NCBI GenBank assembly: GCA_044869265.1
Contig: JBIOXD010000005.1
Coordinates: 4,684 to 68,683 of the forward strand
DNA length: 64,000 bases
DNA from: Gemmatimonadales bacterium
GTDB taxonomy: Bacteria > Gemmatimonadota > Gemmatimonadetes > Gemmatimonadales > GWC2-71-9
Reading direction: 5' to 3'
A program made the position numbers and the translations under genes. This document shows positions 37,646 to 46,643 of the stretch, in pieces. Below the pieces are notes generated by a model, which was given only the letters and a program-made list of their open reading frames with translations, had not been told where the DNA came from and did no database searches. Every line of letters starts with the position of its first letter. Within the stretch, counting starts at the first letter, position 1.

Positions 37646-38113
37646 ATGATGAGCCCATACCTCATGATGACCATTGCGACCATCCTGGCTGGCTCCAGTG
37701 CATGTGTGAAACGGACCGTCAAGCCGCGTGAGGCCATGGCCGTGACGAGCACGACCGGAGGACCGGGTGGCGCGGAGGCGGTCGTCCGCCTGGCAATCGC
37801 GCTCGACGCGAGCGGCGACCGAAAAGCCGATACGCTGTATGCCGCGGAAGCCATTGTGATCGAGAATTCGCGCGTGCGACTCGCGGCCCCGCGCTTTGCG
37901 GGAATCACCAGCGGCGCCGGCCGCGTGACGGTGACGGCGGCGTCCGAGAATGTCGAAGGGCGATTCGCGTGGGTGTTAGTGGACTACAACTGGATCCACC
38001 CAGCCGAGCGTCGCATCGAGCCCGGCCGGGCAACCTTCATCTGTGAACGACGGGGAGAGAACTGGAAGATCGTGCATGCTCATTCCAGCCAGCCTCTCCC
38101 ATGGGAGCCTTAA
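37646..38113 (+). CDS. NTF2-like (SnoaL/DUF4440-type) lipoprotein
   Basis: Start MMSPYLMMTIATILAGSSAC. C-terminal RFAWVLVDYNWIHP...ATFICERRGENWKIVHAH. Confidence 0.6.
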   Translation: MMSPYLMMTIATILAGSSACVKRTVKPREAMAVTSTTGGPGGAEAVVRLAIALDASGDRKADTLYAAEAIVIENSRVRLAAPRFAGITSGAGRVTVTAASENVEGRFAWVLVDYNWIHPAERRIEPGRATFICERRGENWKIVHAHSSQPLPWEP

Positions 38114-38331
38114 GACGCGTCGGCGGGTCGACCCTTGATCATGTCGCGGACGCGATCGGCCGTGGACGGGCTGATGATACGCAGCGCGATGTAGAAGAAG
38201 AAGCCGATGACCGCGAGCGTGAGGACCGTAGTCGCGAGGCCGAACAGGATGCCAGCCATCCCAAAGATCAGCTTGAGAGCGATCCAGGCAACGACGGCGA
38301 GCAGCGCGAACCCGAGAATGCTCCGGAACAT
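38110..38331 (-). CDS. Small two-TM membrane protein
   Basis: 73 aa with two hydrophobic helices (ILGFALLAVVAWIALKLIF; VLTLAVIGFFFYIALRII). Confidence 0.6.
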   Translation of the reverse strand: MFRSILGFALLAVVAWIALKLIFGMAGILFGLATTVLTLAVIGFFFYIALRIISPSTADRVRDMIKGRPADAS

Positions 38332-38374
38332 GATACCCTCCGTGGTGTCCGGTGCGTGTGCAGCGTACGCCTAA

Positions 38375-39481
38375 ATGTCGCACAAAGTTTCGTCCTGTGA
38401 AGTGTTGGTCGCGGGTGGCGGAATCATCGGCGCTGCCTGCGCCCGCGCCGCGGCTCTGCGCGGGCTGCGCGTCATCATTTGCGACCCAGGCCCCGATCCC
38501 ACGGCCGCTTCGGCCGCGTCTGCCGGCATTCTGGCTCCCCAAATCGAAAGCACCGATGAGAGCCTGCGGGCCTTGGGACTGCGTGCCCGTGAGCTCTACG
38601 ACACGCTTGCCGCGAGCCTGGCGGAAACGACCGAAATCGACATCGGGCTGTGGCGGGACGGCGTCGCCTCACTGGCGTTCACGGACGCGGAGGCTGAGCG
38701 GTTACGCGATGCGGTCGCGCATCAGCGCCAAGCCGGGCTCAGGTGCGACTGGCTCGAAGCCACCGATGTTGCAGAGCGGTTTCCCGCGGCCGCGCAGTGC
38801 GTGGGCGCGCTCTTTGCCCCCGAGGACGGCGCAGTCGACGCGCCCGCGCTGACACGCGCGCTCCGGGCCGATGCCAAGCGCCTCGGGGTGCAGACCCTGA
38901 AGTCACGCGTGAACCGCATCAAGACGATTCTTGGACGTGCAACCGGCGTAGACATTCCAGCGGGCAAGATCAAAGCGGAGCATGTCGTCATCGCGGCCGG
39001 CGCGTGGTCGCCGCAAATCGATCACCTGCCCCGGCACCTTCCGGTAGTGCCCGTACGAGGACAGATGGCGTCTGCGCCCTGGCCCGCAGAAATGCCGCGC
39101 ACCGTGCTGTATTACGACCACGCCTACGTCCTCGCCCGCCACGGTGAGGCTCTGTTCGGCAGCACCATGGAGCACGTTGGTTTCCAGGGCGGCGTCACGG
39201 AGTCCGGCATCGCACAAATCGTGGCAGCCGCACAGCGCCTGGTACCCAGCCTGCCGGCGACCCCAACGCGGACCTGGTCGGGGCTTCGACCGCTGACTCC
39301 CGATGGCCGGCCGATCGTGGGGCCCGATCCCGAAGTGCGTGGCTTATGGTATGCGACCGGGCACGGCCGCAACGGCGTCCTCCTCGCCGGCCTCACCGGC
39401 GAGATCATCGCAAGCCTGATTACTACCGGCACGTCCGAGATAGAGATTGCCTCCCTCGCCCCGGAGCGCTTTAGTTCATAG
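38375..39481 (+). CDS. thiO: FAD-dependent oxidoreductase, glycine oxidase ThiO-like
   Basis: VLVAGGGIIGAACA dinucleotide fold and DAO family architecture, ending GHGRNGVLLAG. Confidence 0.8.
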   Translation: MSHKVSSCEVLVAGGGIIGAACARAAALRGLRVIICDPGPDPTAASAASAGILAPQIESTDESLRALGLRARELYDTLAASLAETTEIDIGLWRDGVASLAFTDAEAERLRDAVAHQRQAGLRCDWLEATDVAERFPAAAQCVGALFAPEDGAVDAPALTRALRADAKRLGVQTLKSRVNRIKTILGRATGVDIPAGKIKAEHVVIAAGAWSPQIDHLPRHLPVVPVRGQMASAPWPAEMPRTVLYYDHAYVLARHGEALFGSTMEHVGFQGGVTESGIAQIVAAAQRLVPSLPATPTRTWSGLRPLTPDGRPIVGPDPEVRGLWYATGHGRNGVLLAGLTGEIIASLITTGTSEIEIASLAPERFSS

Positions 39482-40483
39482 ATGTTTCGCAGTTGTGCTT
39501 TCTGTAATACGGCGTTCGACGGTGATGGCGGACCCTCTGGTCTCGGCGTCGGACGCCGGATCGCCTTCGATGAGTGGAAGGGCCGTTTGTGGGTCGTTTG
39601 CCCGCGCTGCAGCCGCTGGAATCTCACTCCATTCGATGATCGCCTCGAGCGTATCGAGGCCGTTGCCCGCGCGGCAGAGGCGGGGCGGATTGCGGGCTCC
39701 ACCGACCAAGTCGCGCTGATCCGGTGGGAGCGGTACGACTTCGTACGCGTCGGAAAGCCACCTCGTGTCGAGCTGGCGACGTGGCGCTACGGCGAGCGGC
39801 TGCGCAACCGCCAGCGGGAGCGAATGAAGGTCGTGGTGCCACTGACGGTCGCTGCCATCGGCCTGGGCATCGTCGCAAACGTGGCCGCGGGCGGCGGCTT
39901 CGGCGTCATCGTCTGGAATATCCATCGCGCGGTCGACTGGGTGTACCTGCGCATTGTCGGCAGCCGCAGGGTCTCGTTGATTGAGTCACCCATCTGCGCG
40001 CGGTGCGGCAGCATCATGGAGTTGCGGGCGCGTCACGTGCAGTACGCGCGCGTAGTACCCGACACTCACGCCGACATGGGCGTCCTGCTGAGCTGCCCGC
40101 GCTGCCACCAAGAAGGCGCACAACTTACCGGCATCGAAGCGGTCCAAGTACTCCGCCAGGGCCTCACGTACCTGAACCTCGTCCGCGGAGGCCGGCGTCG
40201 TGCCGAAGACGCAGCGCGCGAGGTCGACAGGATTGGCGGTCCCGATCGGTTACTTCGCGATGTCGCGCAACGTGAGTTGACGCTGCGCTCTCTGCGCCCG
40301 GAGCGTGGCCTCGCGTTTGAAATGGCCGTCGACGAGCGGGCAGAGGTGGAAGAACTCGAACAGCAGTGGCGGGAGGCCGAGGAAATCGCGGATATCGCCG
40401 ATGGGACACTGGGGAGCTCGACGGACGTCGAAAATGAGTTGCGGCGGTTAAAGAATCGGCAAGGAGATCAACCGTCCGGTTGA
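39482..40483 (+). CDS. Hypothetical membrane protein with two CxxC...CxxC zinc ribbons and an acidic C-terminal coil
   Basis: CAFCN..(30)..CPRCS; TM VVVPLTVAAIGLGIVANVAAGGGFGVIVW; CARCG..(37)..CPRCH. The ATG directly abuts the thiO TAG. Confidence 0.65.
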   Translation: MFRSCAFCNTAFDGDGGPSGLGVGRRIAFDEWKGRLWVVCPRCSRWNLTPFDDRLERIEAVARAAEAGRIAGSTDQVALIRWERYDFVRVGKPPRVELATWRYGERLRNRQRERMKVVVPLTVAAIGLGIVANVAAGGGFGVIVWNIHRAVDWVYLRIVGSRRVSLIESPICARCGSIMELRARHVQYARVVPDTHADMGVLLSCPRCHQEGAQLTGIEAVQVLRQGLTYLNLVRGGRRRAEDAAREVDRIGGPDRLLRDVAQRELTLRSLRPERGLAFEMAVDERAEVEELEQQWREAEEIADIADGTLGSSTDVENELRRLKNRQGDQPSG

Positions 40484-40529
40484 AATTTGACCTACCCCGG
40501 CCATTAAGCTCCCGCTATCTTCGAGTTCC

Positions 40530-41438
40530 ATGGCAGCTCCGCTCGTTCAGATCCTCCCTCCAGCGTCCCGCCACCCGGTCGAGCCCCGTAAGCCATCGTG
40601 GCTGAAGGTCAAAGCGCCCGGCGGGCCGAACTATGTGGCCCTCAAGCACATGATGCGCGATCTCAAGCTGCACACCGTGTGCGAGGAGGCTCACTGCCCC
40701 AATATCGGCGAATGCTGGGAACACCACGCCGCGACATTCATGATCCTCGGCGACGTGTGCACCCGGAACTGCGCGTACTGCGCCGTAGCGCACGGCACCC
40801 CAGCGCCCCTCGACGTCGCGGAACCGCTCCGGCTTGCCGATGCCGTCGCGCAGATGGGACTCAAGCACGTCGTGATCACAAGTGTGGATCGCGATGACCT
40901 GCCGAACGGGGGCGCCGAGATATTCGCCGCATGTATCGCGGAAATCCGTCGCCGACTCCCGCAGACGTCGATCGAAGTGCTGATTCCGGACTTCAAGGGC
41001 AATCCCGACGCGCTGCGCATCGTCGTCGATGCACGACCCGACATTCTCAATCACAATCTCGAGACGATCGCGCGCCTGTATCGCATCGCGCGGCCGGGTG
41101 GGCGGTACCCGCGAGCATTGGACCTGCTCAGACGCGCGAAGGACATGAACCCAGCGCTGCTGACCAAGTCGGGGCTGATCTGCGGCCTGGGCGAGGAGTG
41201 GGATGAGCTGCTCGCATCGATCCGCGACCTGCGCGCGCAGCACGTCGACATCATCACGCTCGGTCAGTACCTCCGGCCGTCCGATCAGCATCTTCCAATC
41301 GCACGCTGGTACACGCCCGAAGAATTCGCCGAGCTGAAGCGGTACGGAATGTCGCTGGGATTTCGCCACGTGGAGTCCGGCCCGCTGGTTCGCTCGAGCT
41401 ATCACGCCTGGGAGCAGATCGAGGCAGCCACTACATGA
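40530..41438 (+). CDS. lipA: Lipoyl synthase
   Basis: CEEAHCPNIGEC and CTRNCAYC radical-SAM clusters. Confidence 0.95.
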   Translation: MAAPLVQILPPASRHPVEPRKPSWLKVKAPGGPNYVALKHMMRDLKLHTVCEEAHCPNIGECWEHHAATFMILGDVCTRNCAYCAVAHGTPAPLDVAEPLRLADAVAQMGLKHVVITSVDRDDLPNGGAEIFAACIAEIRRRLPQTSIEVLIPDFKGNPDALRIVVDARPDILNHNLETIARLYRIARPGGRYPRALDLLRRAKDMNPALLTKSGLICGLGEEWDELLASIRDLRAQHVDIITLGQYLRPSDQHLPIARWYTPEEFAELKRYGMSLGFRHVESGPLVRSSYHAWEQIEAATT

Positions 41439-42430
41439 CCGCGACCGCCAGACCCCCGAAAGACACCGTGAACGCCGAGGTGCAGCTCAAGATGCTGCGC
41501 CAGATGCTGCTCATCCGTCGCTTCGAGGAGAAAGCAGCCGAGGCGTACGCGCTCGGGAAGATCGGCGGATTCTGCCACCTCTACATCGGCCAGGAAGCCG
41601 TAGCCGTCGGTGCGCTTGCGGCACTGCGCGACGACGACTACGTCATCTGCTCCTACCGCGAGCATGGTCAGGCGCTGGTCAAAGGGATCTCGCCGAACGC
41701 GGTCATGGCCGAGCTGTTCGGGAAGGCCACTGGGTGCTCGAAGGGCAAGGGCGGCTCCATGCACCTCTTCGACGCCAAGCGCGGGTTCATGGGTGGCCAC
41801 GGTATTGTCGGCGGCCATATCCCGTTGGGCGCAGGGCTCGCCTTCGCGAGCAAGTATCAGGGACAAGACCGGGTCTGCGTCTGTTTCTTTGGCGAAGCGG
41901 CGGTCAACATCGGTGCGTTCCACGAAACGCTGAACATGGCCTCAGTGTGGAAACTGCCGGTGATTTTCCTCTGTGAGAACAATCGCTACGGGATGGGCAC
42001 GGCGTTCGAGCGGGTGGCGGCGGTAACGGACATCGTCGAGCACGCCTGCAGTTACGACATGGCCGCGGAGCTGGTTGACGGTATGAACGCGCTCACGGTG
42101 TACGAGGCGACGCGGCGCGCGGTAGAACGGGCGCGCAAGCACAGTCACCCCACCCTGCTCGAGGTCCGCACGTACCGGTACATGGGCCACTCGATGTCCG
42201 ATCCCCTGCACGGCGTTTACCGCACCAAAGACGAGGTAGAGGAACAGAAGGCCCGTGATCCGATCACCCACCTTGCCGGGAAGCTCAAGGAGGAAGGCGC
42301 AATCGATCAGGCAGGGCTCGACGCGATGGACGCCGAAGTCCTGTCCGAAGTCGAGGAAGCGGTGAAGTTCGCCGATGAGAGCCCGGACCCGGAGCCGGAC
42401 GAGCTGTTCACCGACGTGCTGGCGGAGTAA
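41435..42430 (+). CDS. pdhA: Pyruvate dehydrogenase E1 alpha subunit
   Basis: TPP-binding E1 alpha pattern (GFCHLYIGQEA, YRYMGHSMSDP). Confidence 0.95.
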   Translation: MTATARPPKDTVNAEVQLKMLRQMLLIRRFEEKAAEAYALGKIGGFCHLYIGQEAVAVGALAALRDDDYVICSYREHGQALVKGISPNAVMAELFGKATGCSKGKGGSMHLFDAKRGFMGGHGIVGGHIPLGAGLAFASKYQGQDRVCVCFFGEAAVNIGAFHETLNMASVWKLPVIFLCENNRYGMGTAFERVAAVTDIVEHACSYDMAAELVDGMNALTVYEATRRAVERARKHSHPTLLEVRTYRYMGHSMSDPLHGVYRTKDEVEEQKARDPITHLAGKLKEEGAIDQAGLDAMDAEVLSEVEEAVKFADESPDPEPDELFTDVLAE

Positions 42431-42432
42431 CG

Positions 42433-43416
42433 ATGGCCACCCTCACCTACCGGGACGCGCTCAATCAAGCGCTGCGCGAGGAGATGCAGCGCGATCCCAA
42501 CGTATTCCTGATGGGCGAAGAAGTCGGGGTCTACCAGGGCGCGTACAAGGTGAGTCGCGGGTTGCTCGAAGAGTTCGGGCCGCAGCGCATCGTCGACACG
42601 CCGATCGCTGAGCTCGGGTTTACGGGAATCGGGGTCGGGGCTGCGATGGGAGGGATCCGGCCCGTCATCGAATTCATGACATGGAACTTCGCCGTGCTGG
42701 CCTTGGACCAGATCGTCAATTCGGCAGCGAAAATGTTGTACATGTCGGGCGGCCAAATCCCCATGCCCATCGTTTTCCGCGGTCCCAATGGGGCCGCCCT
42801 GCAGCTGGCGTCACAGCACTCGCAAGCCTGGGAGGGCTGGCTGACACACATTCCAGGCCTGAAAGTCGTCGCCCCGGCGACGCCCGCCGACGCGAAAGGC
42901 CTGCTCAAGTCGGCCATCCGGGACAACAACCCCGTGATCGTGCTCGAAGGTGAAATGCTGTACAACATGAAGGGCGACGTCCCCGACGGCGAGCATCTCG
43001 TGCCGATCGGCAAGGCCGAGATCAAGCGCGAAGGGTCGGACGTCACGCTCGTGTGTCACTCCAAGACGCTATCAGTCGCGCTGAAGGCGGCCGAGCAGTT
43101 GGCGGAGCAAGACATCTCCGCCGAAGTCCTGGATTTACGCTCGCTCCGCCCGATGGATGAGGCGGCGATTCTCGAATCGGTTCGAAAGACCAATCGTGCC
43201 GTCGTCGTCGAGGAGGGCTGGCCGTACGTCGGCGTCGGTGCGCAGGTCGTGGACATCATTCAGCGAGATGCTTTCGACGACCTCGATGCGCCGGTACAGC
43301 GCGTCACGCAAGCGGACGTGCCGATGCCGTACAACAAGCTGCTCGAGCGCGCTGCCAAGGCGTCTCCGGAAAAAGTCGTGGCCGCGGCTCGTCGCGTTCT
43401 TTACTTGGACTCGTAG
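42433..43416 (+). CDS. pdhB: Pyruvate dehydrogenase E1 beta subunit
   Basis: Transketolase-like pyrimidine and C-terminal domains. Confidence 0.95.
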   Translation: MATLTYRDALNQALREEMQRDPNVFLMGEEVGVYQGAYKVSRGLLEEFGPQRIVDTPIAELGFTGIGVGAAMGGIRPVIEFMTWNFAVLALDQIVNSAAKMLYMSGGQIPMPIVFRGPNGAALQLASQHSQAWEGWLTHIPGLKVVAPATPADAKGLLKSAIRDNNPVIVLEGEMLYNMKGDVPDGEHLVPIGKAEIKREGSDVTLVCHSKTLSVALKAAEQLAEQDISAEVLDLRSLRPMDEAAILESVRKTNRAVVVEEGWPYVGVGAQVVDIIQRDAFDDLDAPVQRVTQADVPMPYNKLLERAAKASPEKVVAAARRVLYLDS

Positions 43417-43427
43417 GCGCTTAGCCC

Positions 43428-44741
43428 ATGGCTACAAAAGTCCACATGGAAGCCCTGTCGCCCACGATGGAAGAGGGGCGCCTCGTAAAGTGGACTAAGA
43501 AGGAAGGCGACGCGGTGAAGTCGGGCGACACACTGGCCGAAGTCGAGACGGATAAGGCAGTGATGGAGCTCGTGGCGCGAACCGACGGTCAACTCCTCAA
43601 GGTCTTGGTGCAGGAGGGGACTACGGTACCCGTCGGGAATATCGTGGCGTGGATTGGGAAGCCTGGCGAGAAGGTTAACGGAGATGGGGCGGGCGCGCCG
43701 GCGGCGAAGAGTGCATCACGGCCCGAACAGCGTGCGCCGTCCACCGTGCGCAGTGCGCCGGAACCCGCTTCAAAACCAACAGCTGCCGCAAAGGCCACCT
43801 CTGCCCCCGCCCCGGCTCCTGCACCGCGTGCTCCGGCTGCGGCACCCGGCGACGCAACGCGGGTCAAGGCATCCCCGCTAGCTCGCCGAATTGCGAGGGA
43901 CGCGGGTGTGGACCTGAAGCTGGTCCAAGGATCGGGTCCCGGCGGGCGAGTCATCAAGCGTGATGTCGAGGGGGCCCCAGCGGCAGCAGCATCGGCACCT
44001 GCATCCGCGCCTGCACCTGCAGTCCCGCGCACGGCGTACGGCGCACCGCGCACGCCTTATGAAGACGTCCCCCTCACCCAGATCCGAAAGACCATCGCCA
44101 AACGGCTCGCGGCATCGATCGGCCCCATCCCGCACTTCTTCCTCACCTCCGAAGTCGACATGGAGCGGGCGGCGGAGGCCCGTGAGGCACTCAACAAGCA
44201 ACTGGGCGAAGAGGGCGGCAAGATCTTTTTCAACGACATCATCATCAAGGCGGTCGCGCTCGCCCTGGTGCAGCATCGCGCGTGCAACGCCTGGTTCCAG
44301 GACGATCATATCCGCTACTGGAACGAGGTCCACATCGGGATGGCCGTCGCGATCGAGGATGGCTTGATCACACCGGTGATTCGCAACGCCGACATGAAAT
44401 CGCTGCGGGAGATCGGCGCGGAAGCCCGTGAGCTGGCGGGCAGAGCGCGCACCCGGCGCCTCAAGCCGGAAGAGTACACCGGCGCGACGTTCAGCGTCTC
44501 GAACCTCGGCATGTTCGATATCGATCAGTTCACGGCCGTGATCAACCCCCCCGAAGCGGGGATCGTCGCGATCGGCAGCATCGTCCCCAAAGCCGTTCCC
44601 GACGGCGAGCGCGTCATGGTGCGGCGCCGGATGCGGCTGACGATGAGCTGCGACCACCGCGTGATCGACGGGGCGACGGGCGCCGTCTTCCTGAAAACGC
44701 TGAAGCAGATGCTGGAGAATCCGCTGGCAATGGTGCTATAA
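43428..44741 (+). CDS. pdhC: Dihydrolipoamide acetyltransferase (E2)
   Basis: Lipoyl domain EVETDKAVMEL, Ala/Pro linker, PSBD, and the catalytic DHRVIDG. Confidence 0.95.
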   Translation: MATKVHMEALSPTMEEGRLVKWTKKEGDAVKSGDTLAEVETDKAVMELVARTDGQLLKVLVQEGTTVPVGNIVAWIGKPGEKVNGDGAGAPAAKSASRPEQRAPSTVRSAPEPASKPTAAAKATSAPAPAPAPRAPAAAPGDATRVKASPLARRIARDAGVDLKLVQGSGPGGRVIKRDVEGAPAAAASAPASAPAPAVPRTAYGAPRTPYEDVPLTQIRKTIAKRLAASIGPIPHFFLTSEVDMERAAEAREALNKQLGEEGGKIFFNDIIIKAVALALVQHRACNAWFQDDHIRYWNEVHIGMAVAIEDGLITPVIRNADMKSLREIGAEARELAGRARTRRLKPEEYTGATFSVSNLGMFDIDQFTAVINPPEAGIVAIGSIVPKAVPDGERVMVRRRMRLTMSCDHRVIDGATGAVFLKTLKQMLENPLAMVL

Positions 44742-44808
44742 CGTTGGACCGTTGGACGGTCGGACGGTTGGACGGTACCACACGGTCCAACGGTCCAACA
44801 TTCCAACG
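44742..44808. repeat. Octamer-arm hairpin element
   Basis: Left arm cgttggac cgttggac ggtcggac ggttggac. Loop ggtaccacac. Right arm ggtccaac ggtccaac attccaac. It fills the E2-lpdA spacer. Confidence 0.85.
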
Positions 44809-44832
44809 CACTCTCGGACAAGGAACCAGATC

Positions 44833-46224
44833 TTGGCACAGTCCTTCGATGTCATTGTCCTCGGCGGCGGGCCCGCAGGCTACGTCGGCGCGATTCGCTG
44901 CGCGCAGCTCGGTCTCGCGACCGCGGTGATCGAGCAGGAGAAACTGGGCGGCGTCTGCGTCAACATCGGCTGCATTCCCACAAAGGCGCTGCTGCACTCC
45001 GCCTACCTCGCCCATCTCCTGAAGGAGTCGAAGGACTTTGGCGTGGAGGCCGGTGCCGTAAAGACGGATTACGGCGTCGCCATGAAACGCTCACGCCGGG
45101 TCGCCGATCAGAACTCCAAGGGCGTCGAGTTCCTGATGAAGAAGCACAAGATCACGGTGGTCAAAGGCACGGGGGTACTGCAGCCCGGCAAAAAGGTGAA
45201 GGTCGGCAACGACGTGCATGAAGCCAAAAAGGCGGTCGTCATAGCGACCGGCTCACGCGTCAAGGGCATTCCCCAGATTGGCCTCGAGATCAACAAGACG
45301 ACCGTCATTTCCTCGGACGAAGCGCTCCTGATGGAGCGGATCCCGGAGACGCTGGCGATCATCGGCGCCGGCGCGGTCGGCATGGAATTCGCCGACATCT
45401 TCTCGGCGTTCGGCGTGAAAGTGACGCTCATCGAAGCCCTGCCGCGCATTCTCCCGATCGAAGACGCCGAATCCTCCGACACCCTCGCCAAGAGCTACCG
45501 CAAGCGCGGGATCGAGGTCATCGCCGGGGCCAAAGTAACCAAAGCCACCGTCGCCAAGGACAAGGTGACGCTCGACGTGGAAGCCGGCGGCGAGAAGAAG
45601 CAGGTCGTGGCGGCCGCGGTGCTCATGGCCGCGGGGCGCGCAGTGAACACCGAAAACATCGGCCTCAAAGAGTGCGGCATCCAGCTCACAGACCGCGGGT
45701 TCATCAAAGTCGATAAGAACCTGCAGACCACGGCGCCCGGCTATTACGCCATCGGTGATGTGGCTGGCCCGCCGATGCTGGCGCACAAGGGGAGCCGTGA
45801 AGGGGTGATAGTGGCCGAGCTGCTGGGCGGCCAAAAACCGCATCCGATCAAGTACGACAATGTGCCCAGCGTGACGTACTGCCATCCCGAGGTTGCGAGC
45901 ATCGGGCTGACCGAAGATCAGTGTAAAGAGAAGAAGCTGGACTACGTGGCGGGGAAATTTCCCTTCTCCGCCAATGGGCGCGCGCGCGGCACCGGCGAGA
46001 CCGAGGGGTTCGTCAAGATTCTGCGCGACAAGAAGTATGGGGAGATCTTGGGCGCGCACATCGTCGGGGCGCACGCCTCCGAGATGATCCACGAGCTGGC
46101 GGTGGCGCGGGAGAACGAGTATACCGTCGAGGAAGTCGACCTGGCCATTCATGCGCACCCCACCATGTCCGAAGCGGTCGCGGAGGCCGCACTCGATTCG
46201 CTCGGACGCGCCCTGAACATTTGA
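44833..46224 (+). CDS. lpdA: Dihydrolipoyl dehydrogenase (E3)
   Basis: Track ORF 44752..46224 begins inside the octamer hairpin. I prefer the TTG at 44833, giving MAQSFDVIVLGGGPAGY. Redox-active CVNIGCIPTK. Confidence 0.93.
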   Translation: MAQSFDVIVLGGGPAGYVGAIRCAQLGLATAVIEQEKLGGVCVNIGCIPTKALLHSAYLAHLLKESKDFGVEAGAVKTDYGVAMKRSRRVADQNSKGVEFLMKKHKITVVKGTGVLQPGKKVKVGNDVHEAKKAVVIATGSRVKGIPQIGLEINKTTVISSDEALLMERIPETLAIIGAGAVGMEFADIFSAFGVKVTLIEALPRILPIEDAESSDTLAKSYRKRGIEVIAGAKVTKATVAKDKVTLDVEAGGEKKQVVAAAVLMAAGRAVNTENIGLKECGIQLTDRGFIKVDKNLQTTAPGYYAIGDVAGPPMLAHKGSREGVIVAELLGGQKPHPIKYDNVPSVTYCHPEVASIGLTEDQCKEKKLDYVAGKFPFSANGRARGTGETEGFVKILRDKKYGEILGAHIVGAHASEMIHELAVARENEYTVEEVDLAIHAHPTMSEAVAEAALDSLGRALNI

Positions 46225-46643
46225 ACGACGACGCGCCGAAGGACCCGCTCGCGATCGGTCTGGGCTCGCTCGGTGGCGGAGCCGGGTTCGGCAGTGCGTT
46301 CATGACCATCTCACAGATCGCGCTCCGCCTGCTCCAGGATCAGTTCGAGCGAATTGGATACCAGATACTGACTGCCGGTGTGATCGCCGCGGTGGGAGTC
46401 GGGGGTGCCTACGGCTGGTATCGCAGCTTCGACTTGGACAACGTCTGGCAGCGTGGGGTGATTGCGGTGCTCGCCTCCGTCGGTGCGCTCCTGATCGGAT
46501 TCATGGCAGCTCCCCTGGATGGACTCTTCGGAATCGCCGGCATGCTCGTTTGGCTGGCGCTCAACATCGCGTTCGGTGTCGCCTCCGCTCGATGGGCCAT
46601 GAAAGGCAGGGGGAAAGAGGGAAGCGGGACGGGTGTGGCATGA
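46221..46643 (+). CDS. Hypothetical membrane protein
   Basis: Three predicted TM helices. TTGA overlap with lpdA and ATGA overlap with lipB suggest it is translated. Confidence 0.55.
   Translation: MNDDAPKDPLAIGLGSLGGGAGFGSAFMTISQIALRLLQDQFERIGYQILTAGVIAAVGVGGAYGWYRSFDLDNVWQRGVIAVLASVGALLIGFMAAPLDGLFGIAGMLVWLALNIAFGVASARWAMKGRGKEGSGTGVA

Noticed and set aside
37641-37670. 18-nt in-frame duplication acctcatgatga(N6)acctcatgatga at the start of the NTF2-like lipoprotein gene (MMSPYLMMT)
   Set aside because: It is probably a trivial local duplication in a signal-peptide n-region. It only adds uncertainty about which ATG is used.
38110-38113. Convergent genes sharing their stop codons in the tetranucleotide TTAA
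   Set aside because: It is real, but a 4-nt overlap of convergent stops is a common compaction outcome and carries no evident function.
38332-38374. TPP riboswitch upstream of the thiO-like gene
   Set aside because: The spacer is 43 nt, too short, and it lacks the conserved CUGAGA/ACCUGA-type elements.
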